A stretch of 63,791 nucleotides of DNA, filler included, from Chiloscyllium plagiosum (GCF_004010195.1; 11 parts of 11 records of this genome joined end to end with filler, not necessarily neighbours in it); one strand, 5' to 3'; counted from the first letter of the whole stretch, positions 36,675 through 49,422 are shown. Notes: generated by a model from the sequence alone, not told the origin. Program-made: numbers and translations.

Positions 36675-39629
36675 TCTGAACACGTGTGGAAAACAGTTCT
36701 GTCAAGAGCTTTCTAAACAAACCAGATTCAGGGGTGTTGAACTAAAGCACAGTGACCCGGATTTTTATGATCATCAGAAGGGGCAGGCTTCCAGGTTCCG
36801 CCTGTTGGTTTCCTGCTGGAGGCTGAGACTGGATCCTCGTATCACCTTGCACAGCCCTAACAGATGGGTTCATATTTACACGAGATTATTCTTAAACATG
36901 GAAATATACACACCTTGGGATATTGTTTTGCTGATGAGCTTGCTAGGAAGTGTTTTTTGAATGAGGAAAGTGAAACTTAACAGCTTGAAGTATTTTTCAG
37001 ATGAGGTTTTCAGATATTTTGTTTAAACCAACAAAACAAATTCAATTGGAAGTTGGCTCTCTGTATTTTAGCATGAATTCACGAGTAAATAAAACGAAAA
37101 TCAAAGTTCGAAGATATTATCAGCCAATTAATTAACTAGCCATACGATCTTCTGGACACTCCAAACCTCCACCACACCACAAAATAACTTGTAAATCATA
37201 CCAGAGTTTCTAAATTCACTTTATGCAACTGAATACAGAGCGTATTCAAAGTGATTATGTATAGAATATTCAATTGGAAATTAACTCCCTTTAATTCTAC
37301 TTTCTACCACAAGCAGAAAAAGCTAAAACGAAGTTCAATACCATTGTCAGACAATACAATTACTGACTTTATTTCTGCAACCACTCGAAGTTTCTCTCAA
37401 ATTACAAAATAAAATATCATTTGTATTTGGCGTTTCTAAATTCAATTTAGGCAAGCTAATATCGAGCATGTCTAAAATGAATATGTTAAGAATGTGTGTG
37501 TATATCACTAAACTGTTTGGACACGGAGATTAGAAGAACCTCACCATATTACAGAATCTCTCTCCTTGTATCTTTTTTTAACATGCACCGACTACAAGAT
37601 AGATATTTGAAAATGTATTGTAAAGGAAAGCTGTGTGACCGAGAAATAAAAAGTGGATTGACAGTGACAGGTAACACTCAGGTAAACCTTTGAAAGAGAA
37701 TCTAATAAAGTGGAGCAGGCTGGTGAGATGTTAGAAAATAATTCTCAACATCTAAACCATTGCAGATAACTGGGTACATCAGGAGTGTCTGGCAGGTTAC
37801 AGAGTATTACATCAATAATTGCCACAGATGTAGGTCATAAACAGCACATTTCTCCGCGCATTGGTAACTGTGACACGGGACTGTCAACGAGTAGAAATCA
37901 GCAAAAACTATGCATTGCACTGCACCGGTGCTCACTATGTATAAATGGCCCATTCGGTTTTAATGAGATGCATTAATCAGAGAATGGTGCAACAGGTTAT
38001 GCGAGTTCAAGCCAATTCAAGTTTATCAACTTACTTTGAGAAAATGACAAATGTTAGTGCCATGTGGGAGTTTGGGTCCATTAACGTCATATTCAAGAGC
38101 TTTAAAAATCCTCAATACAAACGGTTTACTAACTAGGCTGATGTTCAGCCGGAATTAATATAAATGTCAGTCATGCAGTCAATTTCCTGTTTTCTGATTG
38201 TCACACAGTGAAGCTGTGTTGAGTGACCATCCTTGTTAAAGAAGAAATCCCAAGTGAAGTGTGTCCATTTTGGGTAAACGGGAAAGTACAGTTTGTTTGG
38301 TTAGATTTTGTTTTAGTTTATTCATACTGCCTTTAATCTGCCATATGCAGTGGTTGGCAGCAATTAAGCCGACTGCAGAAATGGTTCTCGAGCTTCCAGT
38401 TTCATTTACCGGAAGCATCTGGAGTCTCTGCAGTAGATCAAAGATGTTTTGTCCCACTCTTGACCACTTGCCAGAAAGCAAACGTCAAACCATAACCACT
38501 GTCTCGGCATAAATAAATCTACTCAGCAGCAAAGCTACAGAAAATATTATTTTTCAGCTGTGCAACTTGGAGAACTGGTCCCTTCTCTCATTAAAACAAA
38601 TATTCACAGAGTCTCAGTCACAACCGAAAAACCAACATTTCACTGGAGGATCACTACAGAACTCTATAAAATTGAGAAAAAAACAGATAGATAGCTGTTC
38701 ATTGACTCAAGGAGAGAAATCACTTAGAAACAGACCCTTCGGTCCAAATATGCCTTGGGCATCCATCATCCCAAACTAATCTAATCCCACCTGTATTGGC
38801 CCATATCCTCCCAAACAGCTCGTATTCATGGACTTAACTAAAAGTCTTTCAAAAGTTATAAGTGTATTCATATCTAACTCTTCTTCTGGAAGATAATTCC
38901 TCACACGAGCCATTCTCTGTGTAAAAGTTGCCGCTGATATCATTTTAAAACTTTTCCCCTCTCACCTTAAAAAAAAGTTCTCTACTCTTGAAATCCCGCA
39001 ACCTGTGTGAAAGGCATTTGCCATTTTCCTTACCACTCATGACTTTTACAAACTTGAAGAAGTTCCAACAATCTGGATTTCCAACGGTGGATCTGTGCCT
39101 CACATTCTCACGTGTGTTTAAATTAGAGATCCTCCCGCCTCCCCAGGACCACATATTACATTCCTTGATATTATTTCAAAGAATTGAAAGGAACTTGTCC
39201 TTCCTGCATTGTTCGATTTTATTTTGCTCCAAAGATCATCACAAAATCAGTTGTCCATGTCATTGCTGATTCATGGGAGATCTCTGTGCGCACAATGTCC
39301 ACTGAAATAACTACATTACCATCCTGAATGTACTTCACAAGTGCACCTCTTACCCACAAACGCAATTAGACACCAGGGAACAGTGAATNNNNNNNNNNNN
39401 NNNNNNNNNNNNNNNNNNNNNNNNNNNNNNNNTTAATTAATTAANNNNNNNNNNNNNNNNNNNNNNNNNNNNNNNNNNNNNNNNNNNNGAATAATAACCT
39501 CTAACCCAGAACCCAATCGAATACACCCAATGCTGCTCCATCCAATAGCCTTCATCAAGACCATAACCACTCCCACCATTACTCTCCCTCCAGATTGGCC
39601 CACCCCCCACCACATTGCCCCTGACTCAC

Positions 39630-39950
39630 CGTCCTCCACACGAAGAGTGGTGCTTATGGGATCGGACTGTGCATTTGCAAGCTGACAGCTGTAGCTGGTC
39701 CCTGCCTCCCAGTCCTCCCGTGCCAATGTTAACTCACTCCGGGCACTGTAGCTACCATCCTCATTGGCAGTTGGCACCAGGCTCTGGGAAGACCCGGGAA
39801 TCTCCAGTCCCTGAGCCTTCCAGAGGAAGGTGATGGGCTCAGGGATGAATAGGGTGGCTACGCAGTGCAGAGTCGCAGTCCGCTTGGTCACCATCTCCCG
39901 GATAGATGGTCGGATCACTCGGAGAGAGGGACGTCGGAGGGAGACAGAAG
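39630..39950 (-). CDS. S4 non-rearranging gene (UrIg-like): C1-set domain 2
   Basis: Acceptor CTCTCAG|, donor G|GTGAGT, 321 nt. Motifs ATLHCVATLFIPEPITFLW, NEDGSYSARSEL, DW, YSC. Confidence 0.9.
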
Positions 39951-39977
39951 CTGAGAGAGAGACAGAGAGAGATAAAC

Positions 39978-40010
<33 letters not shown>

Positions 40011-40074
40011 CAAAGAGAATCTACTCACAATCACTGTCAGAGCTCACATTGAATATCAGTGTTCCCAGCATGCG

Positions 40075-40400
40075 ACTGACCAAGGGATACGGAGACAGGA
40101 ACTGTGCACGGTGCTCCGAGTGTGGGTCTGACCCAAGGATAGGGAGACGGGAACTGTGCACGGTGCTCTGAGTGTGGGTCTGACCCAGGGATAGGGATAG
40201 GGAGACGGGAACTGTGCACGGTGCTCCGAGTGTGGGTCTGACCCAAGGATAGGGACACGGGAACTGTGCACGGTGCTCCGAGTGTGGGTCTGACACAGGG
40301 GTAGGGAGACGGGAACTGTGCATGGTGCTCCGAGTGTGTGTCTAACCCCGGGATAGGGAGACGGGAACTGTGCATGGTGCTCCGAGTGTGGGTCTGACTG
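40075..40400. repeat. 52-bp minisatellite, about 6 copies, in the S4 C1-C2 intron
   Basis: AACTGTGCA recurs at 40100, 40152, 40210, 40262, 40314 and 40366. Confidence 0.9.
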
Positions 40401-40428
40401 AGGGGGGAATACGGAGATGTGAACTTAC

Positions 40429-40746
40429 CGAGAATGTGGAGTTCCTTGACAATGGGCTGGGAGAGTGCGGAGTGCCGGACTGTGCACCGGTATTGGTGTG
40501 CGCCCACCCAGACTGGCGTGGGCACCTCCACACGGCTCACCGTCGTGTAACGTCCCTTGGCATCACGGCACCCGGGGCTCTGGCTGACCCCGGAGCTCAC
40601 CATCACCCCATCCAGGTTCCAGGAGATGTCGACCCCTGAGGGGTAGTACCCAGCGACCAGACAGAGCAGGGTGGCATTGCCAATCGCCCGGGTGGGTCCG
40701 GAAGGCGGAGAGTGGAGCTCCACGGAGGGAGGGGACGCCGGAGGCT
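40429..40746 (-). CDS. S4 gene: C1-set domain 1
   Basis: Acceptor TCCCAG|, donor G|GTAAGT, 318 nt. Motifs PPSVEL, ATLLCLVAGYYPSGVDISW, YTTVSRV, YRCTVRH; extra Cys in SPGCRD. Confidence 0.93.
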
Positions 40747-40889
40747 CTGGGAACGGTAGAGGAGGAGGCAGTTAGTCTGTCTGCTCACCGGAGCCTGACT
40801 GAGGGCACTGCCAACCCCTACTGCCAACCAGTGACCCTGAGGGCACTCCCTGACTCCTGACGCTCACCCCCCCCCCACACACACACACA

Positions 40890-42168
40890 GTGACCCTGAG
40901 GGCACTCCCTGACCCTCCCCCTCACACACAGTGACCCTGAGGGCACTCCCTGACCCTCCCCCTCACACACAGTGACCCTGAGGGCACTCCCTGACCCTCC
41001 CCCTCACACACAGTGACCCTGAGGGCACTCCCTGACCCTCCCCCTCACACACAGTGACCCTGAGGGCACTCCCTGACCCTCCCCCTCACACACAGTGACC
41101 CTGAGGGCACTCCCTGACCCTCCCCCTCACACACAGTGACCCTGAGGGCACTCCCTGACCCTCCCCCTCACACACAGTGACCCTGAGGGCACTCCCTGAC
41201 CCTCCCCCTCACACACAGTGACCCTGAGGGCACTCCCTGACCCTCCCCCTCACACACAGTGACCCTGAGGGCACTCCCTGACCCTCCCCCTCACACACAG
41301 TGACCCTGAGGGCACTCCCTGACCCTCCCCCTCACACACAGTGACCCTGAGGGCACTCCCTGACCCTCCCCCTCACACACAGTGACCCTGAGGGCACTCC
41401 CTGACCCTCCCCCTCACACACAGTGACCCTGAGGGCACTCCCTGACCCTCCCCCTCACACACAGTGACCCTGAGGGCACTCCCTGACCCTCCCCCTCACA
41501 CACAGTGACCCTGAGGGCACTCCCTGACCCTCCCCCTCACACACAGTGACCCTGAGGGCACTCCCTGACCCTCCCCCTCACACACAGTGACCCTGAGGGC
41601 ACTCCCTGACCCTCCCCCTCACACACAGTGACCCTGAGGGCACTCCCTGACCCTCCCCCTCACACACAGTGACCCTGAGGGCACTCCCTGACCCTCCCCC
41701 TCACACACAGTGACCCTGAGGGCACTCCCTGACCCTCCCCCTCACACACAGTGACCCTGAGGGCACTCCCTGACCCTCCCCCTCACACACAGTGACCCTG
41801 AGGGCACTCCCTGACCCTCCCCCTCACACACAGTGACCCTGAGGGCACTCCCTGACCCTCCCCCTCACACACAGTGACCCTGAGGGCACTCCCTGACCCT
41901 CCCCCTCACACACAGTGACCCTGAGGGCACTCCCTGACCCTCCCCCTCACACACAGTGACCCTGAGGGCACTCCCTGACCCTCCCCCTCACACACAGTGA
42001 CCCTGAGGGCACTCCCTGACCCTCCCCCTCACACACAGTGACCCTGAGGGCACTCCCTGACCCTCCCCCTCACACACAGTGACCCTGAGGGCACTCCCTG
42101 ACCCTCCCCCTCACACACAGTGACCCTGAGGGCACTCCCTGACCCTCCCCCTCACACACAGTGACCCC
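40890..42168. repeat. 41-bp minisatellite, 31 essentially perfect copies, in the S4 V-C1 intron
   Basis: Unit GTGACCCTGAGGGCACTCCCTGACCCTCCCCCTCACACACA. Confidence 0.97.
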
Positions 42169-42353
42169 ACCCCCGCACAGTGACCTTGTGGTTGTTCCCT
42201 GACCCCTGACCCCTCTCCCAGCGACCCCGACACCACCCCCTGACCCCCTCCCACTCCCAGAGACCCTGAGACCGCTCCCTGGCCTCGCGCTCTGACGGGA
42301 TAGTAGCGGACCCGCCCCCATCCCCGGGTGCCAGGTGCTGGGGTAGGCCTCAC

Positions 42354-42734
42354 CCTTCTGCACCCTCAGGGTGGTCCCGCAGCCGCAGAAGTCCGTGACA
42401 TTCCCGTCGGACATGCTGTCGGAGAGCTGGCAGAAGTAACGGCTGGAATCCTGGCGCTGGGCGCGGGCGATGCCCAGCCTCATCGTCCTGCGGGCGAAAT
42501 CCTTCTCCGGCCTGAGCCGGGCGCGGCTCCCGTGGACGTAGGTGGGGGCGTGGGAGCCCGGGCTCCAGTACAGCAGCTGCTGGATGCTGCCGCTGCCCGG
42601 GGGCACCCAGCCCCACACCAGGTAGCGGTCGTCCATCTTCCGGGTGAAGCGACATTCCAGGGAGACGGGCTCACCCTCCGTCACTGACATGGCGGTGGAC
42701 GAGAAGCGGAAATTCCCTCCCCCGCTGGACAGGC
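42354..42734 (-). CDS. S4 gene: germline-joined VJ-type V domain (leader not found in this scaffold)
   Basis: Acceptor CCGCCAG|, donor G|GTGAGG, 381 nt. Motifs VSLEC, LVWGW, LLYWSPG, QDSSRYFC, DFCGCGTTLRV; no RSS. Confidence 0.93.
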
Positions 42735-43237
42735 CTGGCGGGAGAAAGGGAGGAGGGATGTCCAGATTAATCCAAGGGTATCCCCGGGTCAGCACGGACC
42801 GGGTGGGCCAAGGGGCCTGTGTCCGTGCTGTACCGCCCCCCCCCTGCAGGGGAGACCACGGGGGCGAGCGGCCAACGCTTGTGGGACAGTCACGGAGCCC
42901 GACAGCACCGAGGAAAGCCCTCCAGCCCGTGCCGACCCAAAACGCCGACCCCGNNNNNNNNNNNNNNNNNNNNNNNNNNNNNNNNNNNNNNNNNNNNTTA
43001 ATTAATTAANNNNNNNNNNNNNNNNNNNNNNNNNNNNNNNNNNNNNNNNNNNNCAGGAGGGGAGGGAGGAATTTCCAAATAAGTCTACGGAGAGAAGTTG
43101 ATATATCATTGACTAAATTATGAAGAAACTGGAATAGAGACGTCCAAGCTGAGAAAATAAAAAAGAATGTTTGAAATGGACTGAAATATAAAATGACACA
43201 CTCTGAAACATTCTCTCATACTCACTGGACCCAGGAT

Positions 43238-44171
43238 TCAAACAGCCTCAGCATTAACTAACAACACTCACACAGCACAGTCCAGAGAAAGTCAAGGGTG
43301 AAGGACTGGAGGGACTGGGAATAGGGGATGGGAAAATAGGGGGTGAGGATTGGAAGGAGAGGTTGGGGAGGATGGAGTTGAGGAAGTGAAGGATAAGGGA
43401 GTCATGAAGGATTGAACCGTGAAGAAACTGATGAATGTCCCATCCAGGAGAATGTAACTCTACACCTTCCAATCCCTCTCCCATCATTCCCAACACTCTG
43501 TCCCCTCAGTCACTTACTGGGAGCTGTTGTGTAGGTCCCACTTGGTGAACCTGCAGAAACAAAGTAAATGTCCATTAGGATGGGGAATAATCCATTCTCA
43601 GAGAGTGAGAACACAACAAGTGTGAGGGAATGGAGATTGTGTCAGAAATCCTCATTCCCACACTTCCCTCCATCCTTACACTTTATGGAGATTTTCGACA
43701 TCTCTTCCATTGCATCAATATTCAATCAGTGAGGAATGAGGTGTGTGCAGTGGGTTTAAGACAGGGAACAATACGTGTTTATACGTGTGTATCTGTGTGG
43801 GAATTCAATCAGTTCCATTCCCCACAGTGCCCTGTACTCCCAGTACTGGAAACTCCCCCACACTCACTCTGTCCCCTCAGATCCACATTCCCCTCTCTTG
43901 GATTCTTCCCTCTCCAGGGCTTTTTCCAGATGATTATTCCAAATATTGCAGCCATTGCAGAGACTAATCCAATCAAAAGTACACAATGGGAACGTTCCAC
44001 ACTGTTTTGTCGGATTTCTGAAACACAGTGTAATAAATCAGCAATGTCGCTGTCCCATTTCCAGTCCCAGTTCTGTGTTGATTGGGATAATTGGGACAAT
44101 TGTAACAGATCCTGCCCATTGGGAACTGATGGGATTAGTTGACACATTGTATTGGATTCTCCAAATGCCTG

Positions 44172-44202
<31 letters not shown>

Positions 44203-44213
44203 CAATCCTCTTC

Positions 44214-44251
<38 letters not shown>

Positions 44252-44932
44252 GTCCCTTACCCCATTGATAGAGCTTGCCCTCTGCCAGGCTGCTGTGTTC
44301 AATCTGACAGGAGTATTGATCCTCATCCCCAGCATTGATCTCAATCTCTTTCTGGATCTGATNNNNNNNNNNNNNNNNNNNNNNNNNNNNNNNNNNNNNN
44401 NNNNNNNNNNNNNNNNNNNNNNNNNNNNNNNNNNNNNNNNNNNNNNNNNNNNNNNNNNNNNNNNNNNNNNNNNNNNNNNNNNNNNNNNNNNNNNNNNNNN
44501 NNNNNNNNNNNNNNNNNNNNNNNNNNNNNNNNNNNNNNNNNNNNNNNNNNNNNNNNNNNNNNNNNNNNNNNNNNNNNNNNNNNNNNNNNNNNNNNNNNNN
44601 NNNNNNNNNNNNNNNNNNNNNNNNNNNNNNNNNNNNNNNNNNNNNNNNNNNNNNNNNNNNNNNNNNNNNNNNNNNNNNNNNNNNNTCCAAATATCTCTTT
44701 AAATGTTCAACATCTTCTTCTTCCAGGTGTCTTTTCCAGTAGTTGTTCCAGGAATCATCAGAATCCCATTTCTCTTTAGTTATCACTGCAATGGGATTGG
44801 ATGCGATCCATCTCATTCTGTCTGGGTCTAAACTGATAAAGTCCTTTCCATCAAATCCAAATCTCATCGATGTCTTAATGCTGCCGTCATCACTGATCTC
44901 AACAGTAGCTATTCGTTGAAAAATGTGAAATC
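43238..44932 (-). CDS. S5 nonclassical MHC class I heavy chain, partial: alpha2 44932-44686 (to gap), alpha3 end 44362-44261, TM from 44017 to about 43910 or 43868, cytoplasmic exons 43550-43518 and 43257-43238
   Basis: GFHIFQR...GFDGKDFISLD...TKEKWD; YSCQIEHSSL; TM CVLLIGLVSAMAAIFGIIIW; 33-nt exon SPSGTYTTAP with the conserved Tyr; final INAEAV*. Confidence 0.88.
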
Positions 44933-45419
44933 CTGTCGGTGATCAGTCATAGATAATTAATAATTAATAACCAGAGGAACAATCTCATTTAAGGGGAATG
45001 GGGATCCTATATTAGGGCCAAGGGGAGGGGGTTACACATGGGGCTAATCCCCAAGGCCTGTGCTGTCAGAAGGTTCCAGACTCAGGCAGCACTGCCCCTT
45101 TCTCCAACTGCTGTCTCACACCTCAACCTGGAGCAGATAAGCAATATGCTCTTCGATCCAGGTCAGAATTCCAGTGCTCACATTCCCACTGTCCTGGAAT
45201 GACAGGCCCAGTCCTTCTGGTCATTTGTTTCAATCACAGGCTGCATTCTGGGGGATGTAGTCCATGTCTGTCCGTGACCACTCTGTCAGCCTCCCACAGG
45301 CACTGGCCCACGATCGGACCCTGTGTGTTATTTACAAGGACCCTCTCCCTGCGTGGGGCTGTGCAATCTCTTCCCCTGAGCGTAGTGGAAGGGAGATGAG
45401 GATCAATTTCTTTACTCAT

Positions 45420-46260
45420 TACCTGTGTCCACTGCTTCCTATTATCTTTATAAATGATTTGGATGTGCATATAGGAGGAATGGTTAGTAATGGCTTGTTT
45501 TCAGATGACACCAAAACAGGAAATGTAGTGGGCAGTGAAGGTTATCTCAGAGTACAATGGGACCTTGATCAGATGGGCTGAGGAGTGGCAGATGGAGATT
45601 AATTTCGATAAAAGTGAGGTGTTGCACTTTGGGTAAATCATAACAGCATTTATACAGTTAATGGTAGGGTGCTGGGGAGTGTTGACAAACAAGCAGACTT
45701 TGGAGTGCAGAGTCATATTTTCTGAAGGTGGAGTTGCAGACTGACAGGATAGTGAAGAAGGTGTTTGGTCTCCTTGCCTTTATTGGTCAATGTATTGAGT
45801 ACGTGAGTTGAGATATCATGCTGCAGCTGTACAGGACATTGATTCAGCCACTTTTCGAATGCTGTGTTAAATTCCGGACTTACTGCTATAGGAATTGTGA
45901 AAGGGTCCAGAAAGGACATACAAGGTTTGGAGCTCTAAGGAGAGACTGAATAGGCTGGGGCTATTTTCCCTTCAGTGTTGGAGGCTGAGGGGTGAGCTTA
46001 CAGAAGTTTATAAAATCATGAGGGGCGTGGATAAAGTGAATAGCCAAGTTCTTTTTTTCACAATAGGGGAGTCTGAAACTAAAGGGCATAGGTTGAAAGT
46101 GAGAGGGAAAAGATATAAAAGAGATCTAAGAGGCAACTTTTTGCATAGTCGTTGGTGCAAGGATGGAATGAGCCATCAGAGGAAGTGATAGAGACTGGTA
46201 CAATTACAGCATTTAAAAGGCATCAGAATGGGTTTATAAAGAGTTGAGAAGGATCTGGGC
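45420..46260 (+). mobile_element. Degraded CR1 LINE 3' fragment
   Basis: IFINDLD and FSDDTK motifs plus CR1 C-terminal and 3' similarity. Confidence 0.8.
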
Positions 46261-46959
46261 TGTTCTGGGTAATCCAAGATGTAGGACAGGACAGAAATTG
46301 TGTCTGGAAGAGCTGCTTTTTTTTTGAGGTATTTTAGGTGGTTGGATGATTTTCTCAAATTCCAGTTACTGTTGTATATGCTGTTGCATTGTTTTGGANN
46401 NNNNNNNNNNNNNNNNNNNNNNNNNNNNNNNNNNNNNNNNNNTTAATTAATTAANNNNNNNNNNNNNNNNNNNNNNNNNNNNNNNNNNNNNNNNNNNNCG
46501 GCACTCTTTACGATTGGTATGTTCCAATCAAAGTTAATTTTAAAGTGTCTTAAATTTACATTTCCAATTGGTGCAATTTGGCAGTTTAAAACTGACATGA
46601 ATTTTGTAAGAATGTCAAATTGGGGGGAATCAAAAACACCAAGTTCAAAACTCGTGCCCTACTCTTGACATAAAATGGACATTGTCAGATTTTGTCACAG
46701 AGGGATTTAGGATGAATAAGGTACTTGGTGGAATCCTGCAATGAGTGAGCTTTACTCTGTCTCTGACCCAGGGTGTATCTGAGCAGAGAACATTAACTGC
46801 ACAAGACACTCATCCTCGACCTGTTAATAATCCACTTTAACTACACAGGTGCAATGTAAGTCAGAGTGAGAAACAACTAATTCAGTATTTATCTCACAAC
46901 TGGAGGAAAAAAAACACTTCATTACTTCTGTTGAATTATTAAATGCAACTTTGAGATTT

Positions 46960-48115
46960 TTATTGACATGAATTAACATTGTCCATCAGTGCAAGTGAAA
47001 TGTTTACACAACTCGGTTTACCGCTGGATTTATCGACTGTTCTGTTGATGATCTTCAATGGAATCGCTTCATGTCCCACCACACAGGAGTAAGAAGCACC
47101 GCTGGCCCACTCCTCCGCTATAATGGATAACAGGCTGTAGATGAAGAAGGAAGTGTTGTCACTCTCCGCCATCACCTCGGTGTTCTTGTAGTTACTGGGA
47201 TTCACCGGCTTGTCATTGTTTGTCCACTTGACGAAGATCTCTCGGGGGGAGAAACCTCTCACTAAACAGGTGAGGGAGAGAAACCTCTGAGCGGAGATTT
47301 CTTCTGTTGGTGGCAGGAGGACCGACACTGATGGCTCCAGCGGATTAATCACTGCAGAATACTTGATACAAATATAAATCAACCAAAAAAATCCTGAACC
47401 AATATCACAATTTTACTAAATATTAAAATACGCCATGTTTAATTTGGGATTTATTCACTTTTGTTTTCTAAAGGAGCAGAATGGTACACATTCTGTTCAG
47501 TAAAAAAAGGAAATTTTAATGTGAAGGTTGCCTCCATATTTCCAGCCCACAACGAGGACATTCTGTCCATTTGTCATTGCTGATGGTGACGTCACAACCC
47601 AGGCTTCTTCCCACCTTATCTGACTTAATCAGAATACAATATCCTTTGGTCCATCTTTTTCTGAATCAGCTACTTAGCTATCCTGCCTTCAGATGCATCA
47701 TTAATGCTCCCAACGGTGTTGGTTCATTTCCAATCAAAGCCTGCCATTGATGTAACTGGATCTGGATTACACATGGGATCCTTTGTGCTTTAATCTCACC
47801 GCTCACCTTTCTCCTTGTGGATGGAGTCTCTCAGCGGGGTCGGTAGATTCTGATGGTACACCACACATTCAAAAGTAACGCCACTCAGCCAGGCTTCAGT
47901 AGAAATGTCTAATTTGCTGATCACGCTGTCGGGATTCTGTCCAGGCTACTCAGCAATCTCTGATTTCAGAGGCTTCTTTTTTTGTTTCCAGGTCACATTG
48001 ACTCCAGAAGGAAGATTGGACACAACGCAGGTTAACGTCACCGTCGCCTCCAGTAAGACTTGTTCTACTGGCGGTGGGAGGATTTTAACGGTGTTAGGGT
48101 GGCACTCGGTATCTT
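46960..48115 (-). pseudogene. IGHM: IgM CH3 (47807-48115, in-frame TAG at 47946-47948) and CH4 with secretory tail (46960-47351)
   Basis: CH3 [21 protein letters not shown]; CH4 [22 protein letters not shown]...[38 protein letters not shown], typical of shark mu. Confidence 0.92.
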
Positions 48116-48464
48116 CTATGAAACAAAAATCAAAGTCAATGAAAAATGCCCCTTTCTGATACAAACAGCCAATCTTCAGATTACTCCTTCACAGGGTGAA
48201 GACACCACCTTCAAAATGGCAACTCCAACTATTCTGAAACGATGCTTACTATTGTTGATGTATTTTGATCTGTGAAAGTATTTGTGATTACCTATAACAT
48301 ACCCTGTGTAATTATTCCTAAAGAACAATGGCTTTGTAACAAGTGAAACCTGTGAAAAAAGTNNNNNNNNNNNNNNNNNNNNNNNNNNNNNNNNNNNNNN
48401 NNNNNNTTAATTAATTAANNNNNNNNNNNNNNNNNNNNNNNNNNNNNNNNNNNNNNNNNNNNAG

Positions 48465-48792
48465 GCCATGAGAACTCCCAGCTCAAGCTGACCCTGCTGA
48501 CCCCCTCCCCGGAGCAGGTCAATGCCAAGGGCACTGCCAACCTGGTGTGCCTTGCCAATCACTTCTATCCCGATGAGCTGGAGGTGCAGTGGAAGAAGGA
48601 TGGTGCAGTCATTTCGGACGGGGTTCAGACCAGCAACTACCTGCGAGCTTCGGACAGCACCTACAGTGTCAGCAGCCTGCTGACCCTCTCTGGGTTTGAC
48701 TGGGAGTCCAACGCTCGCTTCCCCTGTGCCCTCACCCATGTGACCCTCCCGTCTCCCTCAGAAAGAGCATCAGGAGATCAGAATGTGTGTAG
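48465..48792 (+). pseudogene. IGKC: Ig kappa (NS4/type III) C exon with a 1-nt deletion near the 3' end
   Basis: Near-identical to 52853-53181 but CCGTCTCCCTCAG versus CCCTCTCCCCTCAG; the frameshift removes the terminal SECV Cys. Confidence 0.85.
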
Positions 48793-49127
48793 AGTGTTTG
48801 AGACAGTCCACAGAGGAGACACAACTTTACTTCGAACAGGGCTGAGCTGGCAGGACAAAGGTCATTGTTAGCACTGAATTTCAACTCTCTTCCTTCTCAG
48901 GACTGCTCAGAGATACGTCTGAGGTTTGGATGTTGAAGTAGGTCACTGCGACAGTGTCGAGAGACTTTATGCTATGTCAAACCTCATGCTGTCCTTGTCC
49001 GGGGAGTGTTTGATGGGGAAGTGTTGGCTGTATGCTGAGTAAAATCTCTTGAAGTTGCTGAAGACTGTCAGCTGTACAAAACAATGTGACCCTCAGAAGT
49101 CTCTGCTTCAGTAAACCAGACCTTTTG

Positions 49128-49422
49128 GGTGGCACGGTGACACAGTGGTTAGCACTGCTGCCTCCCAGAGACCCGGGTTCAATTCCTGCCTCAGGCAACT
49201 GACTGTGTGGAGTTTGCACATTCTCCCCGTGTCTGCATGGGTTTCCTCCGGGTGCTCCGGTTTCCTCCCACAGTCCAAAGATGTGCAGGTCAGGTGAATT
49301 GGCCATGCTAAATTGCCTGTAGTGTTAGGTGTCGGGGAATCGGTCTGGGTGGGCGCGCTTCGGCGGGTTGGTGTGGACTTGTTGGGCCGAAGGGCCTGTT
49401 TCGACACTGTAAGTAATCTAAT
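49128..49422 (+). mobile_element. HE1-type SINE inserted 3' of the kappa C exon
   Basis: A and B boxes and TAATCTAATCT tail; absent at the homologous position after the S9 kappa exon. Confidence 0.88.

Noticed and set aside
40037-40428. Long C-terminal extension of S4 C1 (228-aa ORF)
   Set aside because: Read-through of a consensus donor into the 52-bp minisatellite.
43809-44867. 352-aa ORF as a single-exon protein
   Set aside because: It reads through an N gap, introns and a GA microsatellite of the class I gene.
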